Positions 13,163-25,276 of a stretch of 64,000 nt of DNA are shown here, in pieces; within the stretch, counting starts at the first letter, position 1; every line of letters begins with the position of its first letter. The notes beneath the pieces are model-generated. The model was not told the DNA's origin. It did not search any database and saw only the letters and a program-made list of their open reading frames with translations. This stretch comes from Malacoraja senta (taxonomy: Eukaryota), in contig CM075987.1 of NCBI GenBank assembly GCA_038087875.1, positions 25,794,001 through 25,858,000 of the forward strand, given 5' to 3'. Made by a program: the position numbers and the translations under genes.

Positions 13163-13326
13163 AGACGTAATCTGATTAGGTGTGACTTCAAATACGCCCA
13201 CATCACCTGAGAAACTTAATCAGACATGTTTGGAATTGAACCCTCTGGCCACTCAATAACCCAACATCTTATTTTCAGTTTAGTTTATTGTCACATGTAC
13301 CGAGATACAGTGAAAAGCTTTTGTTG

Positions 13327-13478
13327 CTGGAAACTTTTTTGTCGCCGATAGATTTGGAACATTTCAAAATCCCGCGGCGACACAAAAACAATGTTGCGAC
13401 ACTCGAGGAAACACCACGCGTCAATACGTCAATGACGCCGGCAGTCGCCGAAAAAAATTGCCACGTGGGACAGGCCCT
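13327..13478. mobile_element. Harbinger-type MITE fragment (one TIR)
   Basis: GTGGGACAGGCCCT followed by TAA. Confidence 0.7.
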
Positions 13479-13482
13479 TAAG

Positions 13483-13710
13483 TTGTATTGGAAGGAACTG
13501 CAGATGCTGGTTTACACCACAGATAGACACAAAACGCTGGAGTAACTCAGCGGGACAGGCGGCATCTCTGGAGAAAAAGAATGGGTGACGTTTCGGGTCG
13601 AGACCCTTCTTCAACCTGAAGCAAGGGTCTCGACCCAAAACGGCACCCGTTCCTTCTCTCCAGAGACGTTGCCTGGCCCGCTGAGTTTCTCCAGCATTTC
13701 GTGACTATCT
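13483..13710. mobile_element. Penelope-derived palindromic element (subfamily A)
   Basis: Two inverted, mutated hammerhead motifs at the centre. Confidence 0.8.
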
Positions 13711-14105
13711 GCGATGAGTCAGTTTGCGGATGACTGAAGGTTAACATTACCATCTGAAATATTAACCTTTCCACAGATGCTGCCCGACCTGCAGAGTGCT
13801 TCCAGCATTTTCTGTTTCTATTTCAGCTTGCGCCAGCAATTTTATTTTCAGCTTTTCAAGGTGGATTTTAAATTGTTTCAACGCGTCTTGCCCAAGCCTT
13901 CAATTCTTATCCCTCAATACTGCAACCTTGATCACCCAACTGAATCCACATTTGTGCAGGACATTAATTTTACTCGAGAATCAATCAATTAGTCTGTCGC
14001 TAAAAACAGCCATGATCTCCTTAGATTTATGACAGGCTTTAACAGCCTCTGCGGAAGATGGCAAGCGATATTTCAATTACATTAAAAGTGCACACATGTT
14101 CAAAG

Positions 14106-14912
14106 CGCGGTGGCGCAGCGGTAGAGTTGCTGCCTCACAGCGCCAGAGACCCGGGTTCGATCCTGACTGCGGATGCTGTCTGTACGGAGTTTGTACATTC
14201 TCCTCGTGACCATATAACCATATAACCATATAACCATAACAGCACGGAAACAGGCCATCTCGGCGCTTCAAGCCCGTGCCGAACATTTAAAAAAAAATTT
14301 TTTAAATTAAAAATAAATACTTCCCCCTAGTCCCATCTACCTGCACTCAGACCATAACCCTCCATTCCTTTCCCGTCCATATACCCATCCAATCTATTTT
14401 TAAAGGATAACATCGAACCTGCCTCCACCACTTCCACTGGAAGCTCATTCCACACAGCTACCACTCTCTGAGTAAAGAAGTTCCCCCTAATGTTCCCCCT
14501 AAACTTCTGTCCCTTAATTCTCAAGTCATGTCCCCTTGTTTGAATCTTCCCTACTCTCAATGGAAAAGCTTATCCACGTCCACTCTGTCTAACCCGCTCA
14601 TAATTTTAAAGACCTCTATCAAGTCCCCTCTTAACCTTCTGCGCTCCAAAGAATTAAGACCTAACTTGTTCAACCTTTCTCTGTAACTTAGTTGCTGAAA
14701 CCCAGGCAAAATTCTAGTAAATCTACGTGGGTTTTCTCCCGGAGCTCCAGTTTCCTACCACACTCCAAAGACGTACAGGTTTGTAGATTAATTGGCTTGG
14801 TAAAATTGCAAATTGTCCCTTGTGTGTGTAGGATAGCGTTAATGTGCGGGGATCGCTGGTCGGCGCGGACTCGGTGGGCCTGTTTCCGCGCTGCATCTCT
14901 AAACTAAACTAA
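14106..14912 (+). mobile_element. HE1-like V-SINE interrupted by CR1
   Basis: Head 14106-14210; resumes at ACGTGGGTTTTCTCC about 14725. Confidence 0.85.
14211..14722 (-). mobile_element. CR1-like LINE 3' fragment, (TTATATGG)n-tailed subfamily
   Basis: TRGHDLRI..FFTQRVVAVWNELP..GRWD*. Confidence 0.9.
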
Positions 14913-15390
14913 ACCAAACTTTCTTTGTGTCAATACGGAACGAAGAAGAAATTGTCGGATGGAGATTGCAGCTGGTTTAACAGGTGCTGCTCTGGGTTTT
15001 ATTTACACATGTGGCGTTGTGATTGCCGACCACATTGGGACCACGGTCTCATCTGCCAGGAGAAGTGGTTTCTGCCAATGGGTCCCTCTGCCCATGTTAA
15101 TACCACACATCGTAACTACAAATCTTCACATCCACCATCCTTGCTGAGAATTACCACTGGGTGCAGTAACTTCCAGGCTGCGCACCTGCCTTGTGACTCC
15201 GCTGAGCCTGGTTCAATCCTGACCTCCGGTGCTGTCTGTCTGAAGTTTGGATATCTTAGTTTAGTCAAGAGTCAAGAGGGTTTTATCGTCACATGTCCCA
15301 GATAGAACGATGAAACTCTTTCTTGCTGCAGCACAACAGAATATGTGAACTTGGTGTACTGTAAACAATGTGGAAACATGAAAAAGTTCC

Positions 15391-15497
15391 GTGTGTATAT
15401 GTGTGTGTATATATGTTTATATCCAGTATATACATGTGTATGTATGTTTGTTCGTATATATATTTATATATAGTATGTATGTGTGTATGTGTGTGTG

Positions 15498-15591
<94 letters not shown>

Positions 15592-15870
15592 TTTATATCT
15601 ATTATATACGTGTGTATGTATGTTTTGTTTGTATATATATATATATATATAGTATATGTGTGTATATATAGTATGTATGTGTGTATGTGTGTGTGTATAT
15701 ATATATATATATACATACGTGTGTATGTGTGTGTGTATACATATATATACGTGTGTATGTGTGTGTGTTTGTGTATGTATTTTGTATGTGTATACTGTAC
15801 ATTTACATACAGTATATGTACACATATACACACACATACATTATCTCACACACACATTTATATATCTATA
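15391..15870. repeat. Compound (TG)n/(TA)n microsatellite
   Basis: Direct reading. Confidence 0.95.
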
Positions 15871-15875
15871 TAAAT

Positions 15876-16420
15876 TGAAGAAAGCTCCAATACCAACTAT
15901 AAATATGTGGATTTCAAATATGTTTGAAACATTACACCTAGAAGAGATAAGACTCCTCCTAGCAGGTAAACCAGATCACTTCCACCTGACGTGGTCTGCA
16001 TTTATAGAATTATTACAAACATAGGGTGCAAAAGTACTTTAAAAAAAATTGAGGTCAGGTAAGGGGGGAATGATAGTTGAAGAGTTGGTATGTCCCATTT
16101 ACGTAATGCTCATAAAAATATTTGTTTCTCTCTTTTTCCTCTTTCTCTCTTTCTTTTTTTCCTAGGGTCTATTTCTTAACTCTTTTTCTTTTGTTTTTAA
16201 TTTTGCTCTTATAGGGTCTTCGTCCTTTTTTGTTGTCACATTTCCTACACTTTCACTTTTTCCTTCACTTTCTTCTTTCTTTCAATCTTTTCCTTTTCTA
16301 GTGTAAAAAATAAATGGAGTACATTAATTGTAAGAAGATATAAATGACGAGTACTAATGTATGTGGTTGTAATGTAATGTACTTCTAATAAAATACAAAT
16401 TAAAAAAAATTTAAAAAAAA
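15876..16420 (+). mobile_element. L1/Tx1-type LINE 3' end
   Basis: KKAPIPTINMWISNMFETLHLEEIR..FHLTWSAFIELLQT* resembles a fish L1 ORF2 C-terminus; T-rich UTR, AATAAA, A-rich tail. Confidence 0.75.
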
Positions 16421-16529
16421 ATTGTATATACATACACACATACGTACATACAATATATACACCTATGTACACATAAAAACAAACAATAATTGTGTAAAAA
16501 GACAAAACCACTGCCTTCTGATCTATGTA

Positions 16530-16782
16530 GTTTAGTTTAGTTCAGTTTATTGCCATGTGTACCGAGGTACAGTGAAAAGCTTTTGTTGCGTGCTAACCAG
16601 TCAGTGGAAAGACAATACAGATTACAATCGAGCCGTCCACAGTGTCCAGATACATGATAAGGGAATAACATTTAGTGCAAGGTAAAGTCAAGTTCCAGTA
16701 TCAAGGATAGCCTGAGGGTCTTCAATGAAGTAGATAGTGGCACAGGACCGCTCTCTAGTTGTTAGCATGATGGTTCAATTGT
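16530..16782 (-). mobile_element. Rex1/Babar 3' UTR fragment
   Basis: Matches the UTR attached to the Rex1 ORF remnant at 61527-61975. Confidence 0.7.
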
Positions 16783-16814
16783 CCATGTACTTTCAATGAT
16801 CCAATCCTCTCTAG

Positions 16815-17150
16815 ATGCACAGAGTTTCTTGCCCAGAGTAGGTGAATCGAGGACCAGAGGACATACTGTAGGTTTAAGGTGAAGAGGAGAAGATTTATTA
16901 GGAATCTGAGGGGTAACTTTTTCACACAAAGGGTGGTGGGTGTATGGAACAAGCTGCCAAAGGAGGTAGTTGAGGCTGGGACTATCCCAACATTTCAGAA
17001 ACAGTTAGACAGGTACGTGGATAGGACAGTTGTGGATGGATATGGACCAAATGCAGGCAGGTGGGACTGGTGTAGCTGGGACATGTTGGCCGGTGTGGGC
17101 AAGTTGGTCTCAAGGACCTGTTTCCAGGCTGTATCACTCGATGACCCTAT
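16815..17150 (+). mobile_element. CR1-like LINE 3' fragment
   Basis: NLRGNFFTQRVVGVWNKLP..GRWD. Confidence 0.9.
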
Positions 17151-17269
17151 GACTGGAGATACATGACTGGAGATCCGGTTCCTTCCACATTCCAAAGACG
17201 TACAGGTTTGTAGGTTAATTGGCTTTGGTACAATTGTAATATTGTCCTTGGTGTGTGTATAAAACATAC

Positions 17270-17510
17270 AAACCTAGAAAATAGGTGCAGTAGTAGGGTA
17301 TTCGGCCCTACGAGCCATTCAATATGATCATGGCTGATCATCCAAAATCTGTACCCCGTTCCTGCCTTCTCCCCATATCCCTTGATTCAGGTAGCCCTAA
17401 GAGCTATATCTAACTCTCTCTTGAAAACATCCAGTGAATTGGCCTCCACTGCCTTCTGTGGCAGAGAATTCCACAACTCTTTGGGTGAAAAAGTTTTTCC
17501 TCATCTCAGT
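17270..17510 (-). mobile_element. CR1-like LINE 3' fragment
   Basis: 3' UTR and ORF end on minus. Confidence 0.85.
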
Positions 17511-17782
17511 ATTTTGGATCTTTTCCAATCAACTATCAGATCTGAGCAGACAAGGTTCATCACCATGCCACATCTCACAATTAGCAGTTAAATTACAATT
17601 ACTGCCCACACAAAGTGTGATTGTAATTACCTGCATCCAGCCAAATGCATGTGTCAGAACTAAATTGAACAGTGAATTAATTCTCCATTGATTCTAGTAC
17701 GTCATTGTCCAGTTTGCATCTTGGAGGTCATCACGTGCATCTTAATCGCCACCATCTTAGCAACGACAACCTCTTAGCTGCT

Positions 17783-18190
17783 GTCAAGTTGGAAAGGGCG
17801 CCAAGAAGATTTACGAGGATGATGCCAGGACCCGAGGGTGTGAGCTGTAGGGAGAGGTTGAGCAGGCTGGGACTCTATTCCTTGGAGCGCAGGAGGAGGA
17901 GGGGTGATCTTATAGAGGTGTACAAGATCATGAGAGGAATACATCGGGTAGATGCATCCAGGGACATAGGTTTAAGGTGAAGGGGGGGATGATTGTATTG
18001 GGATCTGAGGGGCTAACATTTTCACACAAAGGGTGGCGGGTGTATGGAACGAGCTGCCGGAGGAGGTAGTTGAGGCTGGGACTATCCCAACGTTTAAGAA
18101 TCAATTAAGCAGGTTCATGGATAGGACAGGTTTAGAGGGATATGGGCCAAACACAGCAGGCAAGTGGGACTAGGGTAGATGGGACATTCG
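17783..18190 (+). mobile_element. CR1-like LINE fragment
   Basis: LERAPRRFTRMMPG..LYSLERRRRRGDLIEVYKI. Confidence 0.9.
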
Positions 18191-18384
18191 GAGACTTTTG
18201 TGTTGGAAAACCCAAAATTCAGAGACTTTTGTGTTGGAAAAGGATTTTGGTTATCTCTGTCAAACTTATCTACTTGACCTAATTCATGGCACTCGTCCCC
18301 ACTTTCAAGAAAAGTTATTCATTCTGTCCCCAGTGTTTTTTCCGAATGGGTATTCTTTGTCCTAATAATCATCCATGTTAATCT

Positions 18385-18400
18385 CTTTCTCTTTCCCTCT

Positions 18401-18437
<37 letters not shown>

Positions 18438-18697
18438 TCTCACATTCTCTCTCTCACACTCAGTCTCTCAATCTTTTGCTTTCAGCCTCTCTCTCAGGTC
18501 TCTCTCTCAGAAACTTTATTTTTAAGGGGAGAAAGAGAGAGGGAGAGAGAGAGAGAGAGGGAGAGGGGAGAGGGAGAGGGAGAGAGAGAGAGAGAGAGAG
18601 AGGAGAGGGGGAAAGAGAGGGAGAGGGAGAGAGAGAGGGGAGAGAGAAAGAGATAAAGAGAGAGAGAGACAGAGAGAGAGAGAGACATAGAGAGAGG
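18385..18697. repeat. (CT)n-rich tract followed by (GA)n-rich tract
   Basis: Direct reading. Confidence 0.9.
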
Positions 18698-18954
18698 CAA
18701 GTTGCAGGCGGCATCCAGGTTTGTGGGTTAATGAGCTTCTGCTAATTGCCCCCAGTGTGTGTGAGGTGTTGATGCATACAGTAAGTGTAATAGCATAAAA
18801 CCAGTGTGAATGGGTGATCGATGGTCGTTATGGACTTTGTGGACCAGAGGGGCCGTTTCAATGCTGCATCAACAATGTAATGTAATTTCCCCGATCTACT
18901 GAAGGTCCTGGACTCCAGACAAGAAGTTTCTCCTTCCATAGTTCCTGTGTGCAT

Positions 18955-19436
18955 CTCCCCCTCTCATTCCCACACTGACCTTTCTGTCCTTTGTCAGATT
19001 GAGAGTCAGGCCCATCCTCAATTTCACAGTGAGGCCCAGCGCAAATTGGAGGAACAGCACCTCATGTTTCCCTTGGGCAACTCACAGCCCAGTGGTATGA
19101 ACATTGACTTCTCTAACTTCAAGTAACCTTTGCCTTCCCTCTCTCTCCACCCCTCCCCCCTTCCCAGTTCTCCGACTAGTCTCACTGTCCTTGTTTACAT
19201 TTTATCTCTGTATGCTTTGCTGGTACCTTCTCCTAGCCAACAATGATCCATTCTTCATTTCCTTGATCTTCATCCCCTTTGTCTCATTTTCACACCTTAC
19301 AGTTTCTTAGCTCTGCATTTCCCTCTCCCCTGATTGAGTCTGAAGAAGGGCCTCGACCCGAAACGCCACCCATTCCTTCTTTCCACAGATGTTGCCTGTC
19401 CCGGTGAGTTACTCCAGCATTTGGTGCCTATCTCCA
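18955..19436 (+). mobile_element. Penelope-like element 3' end (GIY-YIG C-terminus, 3' UTR, terminal repeat)
   Basis: SPSHSHTDLSVL..SEAQRKLEEQHLMFPLGNSQPSGMNIDFSNFK* (stop 19124-19126), then UTR with a mutated hammerhead motif at 19340-19367. Confidence 0.85.
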
Positions 19437-19945
19437 GCATTTCTATTTCGGTACATTGACAAATGAAAATTTGTTTTTCAACGCTGACGGATAGATCTAC
19501 CACCAGAGGGAGACATTCCACAACATCTACCTACAGCAAGAACTTCCAGAGAAAGATGGGATATGCGTATGAATTCATTTAAAAAATATTTCTCATTTAA
19601 TTTAAATTTTAATCTCCATCAATGAAATCTGTTGAAGGATAAATGGTATAAATTTTACATAAAACAGACTGAGCTGAGGAGAGACTGCAGGGCAGTCAAC
19701 ATTTAAAATTTAAGAGATGTTCCCATGGACTGTTGTCCTGATCTTGGCAGTGTGTGCCATGATTGATTCTTGCTCTCCAAACCTGTCAGCTTTGCAGCAT
19801 CTAACACTGATGGAAACCGGTTGATTCATTTTGTCCTTTGTATTTAACGAGGCTCCGAAAGTCAACCAGGACTTCCAGGACAACAGCCGACTGCAGTTGG
19901 GGGATAGCTTCACGTCTGGATGCAAGCATCTCTACAACTCATGTC

Positions 19946-20337
19946 ATAGAGACACACAGTGTGGGAACAGGCCGTTCGGCCCCACTTGCCCACACCCACC
20001 ATCTACACTAGTCCCATCTGCCTGCGTTTGGTCCATAACCTTATAGAGACATACAGTGTGGAAGCAGGCCCTTCTGCCCAACTTGCCCATACTGACCAGC
20101 ATGCCATGTACACTAGTCCCGCCTGCCTAGGTTTGGTCCGTAATCTTATAGAGTTATAGTCACAGAGTCATAGAGGCATAGAGATATTACAGCATGGAAA
20201 CAGGCCCTTCAGGCCCACACAAACCTACATGTCTATCTAGACTAGTCCTGTCTAGCTTTGGTCCATAACCTTATAGAGTCATACAGCATGGAAACAGGAC
20301 CTTCAGGCCCACACCGACCAACATGTCCCATCTACAC
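19946..20337 (-). repeat. Four tandem diverged copies of a CR1 3' terminus
   Basis: Units start about 19946, 20043, 20147, 20273; shared junction TTTGGTCC(A/G)TAA(C/T)CTTATAGAG. Confidence 0.8.
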
Positions 20338-20503
20338 GAGGACCAGAGGACATAGATTTAAGGAGAAGGGGGAAGGATTTTATAGGAATCAGAGGGGTCA
20401 CTTTTTCACACAGAGGGTGCTGGGTGTATGGAACAAGTTGCCAGAGGAGGGAGTTGAGGCTGGCTATAGCAACGTTTAGGAAACAATTACACAGTTACAT
20501 GGA

Positions 20504-20722
20504 AAGACACAAAGTGCAGGAGTAACACAGCGGGACAGGCAGCATCTCTAGAGAGAAGGAATGAGTGACGTTTCGAGTCGAGACCCTTCTTCAGCCACTC
20601 AGGGTCTGAAGAAGGCGACCCAAAATGTCACCTCTCCTCTCCAGAGATGCTGCCTGTCCCACTGAGTTACTCCAGCACTTTGTATCTATCTTCGTGTAAA
20701 CCAGCTTCTGCAGCTCTTTCCT
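20504..20722. mobile_element. Penelope-derived palindromic element inserted in a CR1 3' fragment
   Basis: Inverted arms plus tail; CR1 sequence continues on both sides. Confidence 0.8.
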
Positions 20723-20954
20723 TAAGGTACATGGATGGATAGGGCAGGTTTAGAGGGGATGTGGGCCAAACGCAGGCAGGTAGGACTAATGTAAATAGGA
20801 TATGTTGGTCGGTGTGGGCAGGTTGGGCTGAAGACCTCTTGTATGACTCTATGAAAGAAATAGAGTCCGACATTTGTAGGGAAGAACTGCAGATGCTGGT
20901 TTAAATCGAAGATAGACACAAAATGCTGGAGTAGTCTGTCTGTTAGACTTCAGT

Positions 20955-20982
20955 CTGAAGAAGGGACTCGACCCGAAACGTC
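20955..20982 (+). ncRNA. Minimal hammerhead core within a PLE-derived element (about 20875-21050)
   Basis: CTGAAGA-A-GGG ACTCGA CCC-GAAA-CG-TC. Confidence 0.6.
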
Positions 20983-21742
20983 ACCCATTCCTTCTCTCCA
21001 GAGATGCTGCCTGTCCCACTGAGGTACTTCAACATTTTGTGTCTATCTTTGAAGAGGTACTCTTCATGTTATGCATTGTATGTTTCCATGGCAGTAATCC
21101 CTCTTCTTTTCATGCTCTTCAGTTTATCCTGCAAACTAGCTTGATCTGCTCAGCATACTCAGTCATGCGATACCTCATAACTTCTTCCTCAACCCACGAC
21201 CCACTCAACTTCCCTGCTGAGAATTTCCCCTACTCCAGATTCATCTCAAATGCAACAAATATCAATTTCTGAGAGAGGAAAAAAAACCAAGTGTGTCCGT
21301 AAGCTTGAAATGTCAATACAATTTATTCATTTCATCTTTGTTTCAAAGTCTTCTTTCCTCAGTCTCTATTCTCACTTATTTATTTTTCTCCTACTCAATC
21401 TCCACATACCACGACCAATCTCCCAAATGATACACAACACACAAACATAATGAAAGTCTGCAGATTGATCTGCTTTCTGGAATTCCATTACATGCAACGT
21501 AACAACCTTCACAAGTTCCTAACTTATAGGAGAAGAATTAGGCCACTCGGCCTGTCAAGTCTACTCCGCCATTCAATCATGGCTGATCTATCTCTCCCTC
21601 CTAACTCCATTCTCCAGCCTTCTCCCCATCACCTCTGACGCCTGTTCAAATCAAGAATCTATCTATCTCTGCCTTTAAAATATCCATTGACTTGGCCTCC
21701 ACAGCCAGCTGTGGCAATGAATTCCACAGATTCACCAGCTAA

Positions 21743-23132
21743 TGGGCCTGTCCCACTTACGCGACTTTTTCGGCGCCTGCCGGCACCCGTCATAGGTCGT
21801 TACAGGTCGCCGAAAATATTCGACATGTTGAAAACCCAGCGGCTACCAGAGCAAGGTACGACTCTTTGGGCGACTACTCACAACCATACAGTAGGTATGT
21901 TACAAAACTTACCTTCAGTCGCGCTGTAATTCTGCCACTGGCCGTGTGCGCGATTTTGGCGCCTTTAAGGGGGGGGCGGGGTTAAAACGCGGGTTTCTCC
22001 TCCCTTGTCCTGGGAATATTTTGTTGGAGTACAAGCCTTGGCTGACAAAATCGTTCCTACCGGCGTTTTGTGAATTTTTTATTTTTATTAAATCGTCAAT
22101 GTCAGCGCTACAGTTATTTTAAAAGCAGCTCCTGAAGCGTCAACGCCAATAACGGGGACGGATTTCACACACGGGACAGGTAAACGAAAGTGGTTTCTTT
22201 AAATGTATAAAAGTGCTTCTTAAGAAGCCTTTAATTCACATTTTTTCATGCGACACGGTGATTTTATTCCCCGAATTAACGGCAGTATTTTTCATGCCAA
22301 TACGGGGTTAAATTCACCGCAAATCAACGTTCCAAAAGATCGCGTTCCAGTAATCCTCACTCGCAAGATGAATTAAATCCCCATTAATTTACAGGTATTA
22401 AACATTCAATTTCTTCCATTTGGCCTGTAAATTCATGAAAATTAGATTTAAAAATTATGTTATATTGTGAATTATTGTGTGAATGTTATTTGGACACTTA
22501 GGCTATTTAAAAATGTTAATCTATTCTTAAGAAATTGATAGATGTTTAGATGTAGTAATTGAATTTTGTAATTAGGTACAATTAGGTAACTAACTAATTA
22601 TATGCTTTACTTTCATGTCTTCGAAGTAAGATTGTTTCATATTTGTTTCAGAATGCTTCAATCTATAATAACTGAAAATTTCTTTCAGTTATCATAATTT
22701 TTAAGAAAGTTATGGGCTTTTAACTGTCCTCGATCACAGCTTTTGTGTTAAGTCAATGGAAAAGCAATAGGGAACTAGATGCTAATTTCTGAGTATGATA
22801 ATGGCCATAACTTTTTTAATACTGAAGATATGAAAGTGAATTAAGTGTCAAATTAAACTTCTTTTTAAGCTTTATCTGATGGGATAAATTGCAGACTTTA
22901 TTTTTTAAATCTCAAAATTTTGTATCATTGCTACATACAGACTTCATCCCGCGACATGTCGCCAGGGTGTCGCCAGTACAGTCGTGAGTCGTCTCCTCAG
23001 TCGCCCAAAGAGTCGTAGCGTCTTTCTGATCACCGCTGGATTTTCAACATGTTGAAAGTTTTCGCCAACCTGCAACGACCTATGACAGGTGCCGGCAGTC
23101 ACTGAAAAAGTCGCGCAAGTGGGACAGGCCCA
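21743..23132. mobile_element. Harbinger-type MITE carrying a nested ~1-kb DNA transposon
   Basis: TIRs TGGGCCTGTCCCACTT(A/G)CGCGACTTTTTC; flanks TAA/TTA. Confidence 0.85.
21892..22933. mobile_element. Non-autonomous TIR transposon, hAT-like (1042 bp)
   Basis: Imperfect TIRs TAGGTATGTTACAAAA / TTTTGTATCATTGCTA; CATACAG duplicated (21885-21891, 22934-22940); AT-rich, no ORF. Confidence 0.75.
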
Positions 23133-23480
23133 TTAGTTTGCCTCATTTATTTCAATCCCATATTTTCTGTCTGATAATTAATCCACTATTCATGGTCATA
23201 TAGTTTCCTTTGGTTTTATTGTCACGTGTACCGAGGAACAGTGAAAAATATTGTTGCACCAGATCATGAAGCCTAACAACCTCTTGCACGTTATCTTACT
23301 GAACCTAGAAACACAAGGATCTTAGAGGGCTGAAGCAGAAGGAACTGCAGATTCTGCAATCTTGAGTAAAACACAAAGTGCTGGAGTAACTCAGCCGGTC
23401 AGGCAGCATCTCTGGAAGGAATAGATAGGTGACATTTTTTTTGTTGGGATGGGGGCCCTTCCTCAGACTAAAGGTCTGAA

Positions 23481-24466
23481 ACATAGAAACATAGAAAATA
23501 GGTGCAGGAGTGGGCCATTCGGCCCTTCGAGCCTGCACCGCCATTCAATATGATCATGGCTAATCATCCAACTCAGTATCCTGTACCTGCCTTCTCTCCA
23601 TACCCCCTGATCCATTTAGCCACAAGGGCCACATCTATCTGCCTCTTAATTATAGCCAATGAACTGTCCTCAACTACCTTCTGTGGCAGAGAATTCCACA
23701 GATTCACCACTCTCTGTGTAAAAAATGATTTTCTCATCTCGGTCCTAAAAGACTTCCCCCTTATCCTTAAACTGTAACCCCTTGTTCTGGACTTCCCCAA
23801 CATCGGGAACAATCTTCCTGCATCTAGCCTGTCCAACCCCTTAAGAATTTTGTAAGTTTCTATAAGATCCCCCCTCAATCTTCTAAATTCTAGCGAGTAC
23901 AAGCCGAGTCTATCCAGTCATTCTTCATATGAAAGTCCTGCCATCCCAGGAATCAGTCTGGTGAACCTTCTCTGTACTCCCTCTATGGCAAGAATGTCTC
24001 TCCTCAGATTAGGAGACCAAAACTGTACTCAATTCTCCATGTGTGGTCTCACCAAGACCCTGTACAACTGCAGTAGAACCTCCCTGCTCCTATACTCAAA
24101 TCCTTTTGCTATGAATGCTAACATACCATTCGCTTTCTTCACTGCCTGCTGCACCTGCATGCCTACTTTCAATGACTGGTGTACCATGACACCCAGGTCT
24201 CGTTGCATCTCCCCTTTTCCTAATCGGCCACCATTCAGATAATAGTCTGCTTTCCTGTTTTTGCCACCAAAGTGGATAACCTTACATTTATCCGCATTAT
24301 ACTGCATCTGCCAAACATTTGCCCACTCACCCAGCCTATCCAAGTCACCTTGCAGCCTCCTAGTATCCTCCTCACAGCTAACACTGCCCCCCAGCTTAGT
24401 GTCATCTGCAAACTTGGAGATGTTGCATTCAATTCCCTCATCCAGATCATTAATATCTATTGTAAA
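23481..24466 (-). mobile_element. CR1/HER1-like LINE, ~1-kb 3' fragment including RT end
   Basis: INDLDEGIECNISKFADDTKLGG...GTGY*, (CTATGTTT)n tail. Confidence 0.95.
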
Positions 24467-24509
24467 TATCTCGACCTGAAGAAGGATCTCGACCCGCAAC
24501 GTCACCTAT

Positions 24510-24977
24510 CCCTTCAGCCCACCGAGTTTGCACTGACCAGCGATCACCCCACACACTAGCATTATCCTACACACTAGGGACGACTCACGACCATACAAGC
24601 GACACGCTGGCGACATGTCGCGGGGTGAAGCCTGTATGGTCGTGAGTAGTCGCCCAAAGAGTCGTACCTTGTTCTGGTCGCTGCTGGATTTTCAACACGT
24701 TGGAAATTTTCGGCGACCTGTAACGACCTATGACGGGTGCTGGCAGTCACCGAAAAAGTTGCGTAAGTGGGACAGGCCCATGACACTATCCTACACACAC
24801 TAGGGACAATTTACTTTTATACCAAGCCAATTAACCTACAAACCTCTTTGGAGTGTGGGAAGAAACCGAAAATTTCAGAGAAAACCCACGCAGGTCATGG
24901 GGAGAACGTGCGAACTCCGTACAGACAGCACCCGTAGTCGGTTTCGAACCCGGGACTCCGCGCCACCATGCCACCCA
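24510..24977 (-). mobile_element. HE1-like V-SINE interrupted by a Harbinger MITE fragment (about 24578-24780)
   Basis: Right TIR GTGGGACAGGCCCA ends at 24780. Confidence 0.8.
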
Positions 24978-25106
24978 TTGAATAATTGGACCAAGATCTC
25001 TCTCAGTCACATCAGAGTGCAACTCCAAACCAATGTTAAATGTGTTTGTGTGCAGGCATGTCACACTCCCCAGAAATGGAGCTGAATCAATTCATCCAAT
25101 ATACTG

Positions 25107-25276
25107 CAGGGACATAAAATACTGGCGTAACTCAGCGGGACGGGCAGCATCTCTGCTCAAAAGGAATAGGTGATGTTTCGGGTCGGGACCCTTCTTCAGA
25201 CTGAGAGTTAGGGTAATGGGAAATGAGAGATATAGACAGTGATATTGAGAGATATAGAACAAATGAATGAAAGATT
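25107..25276 (-). mobile_element. Penelope-like 3' UTR fragment
   Basis: Matches 36695-37097. Confidence 0.75.

Noticed and set aside
15289..15878. Overlapping ORFs in several frames
   Set aside because: TG/TA microsatellite artefacts; only the L1 C-terminal part beyond 15876 is meaningful.
19831..19945. Protein-like frame APKVNQDFQDNSRLQLGDSF
   Set aside because: No donor site, runs into repeats, no recognisable homology.
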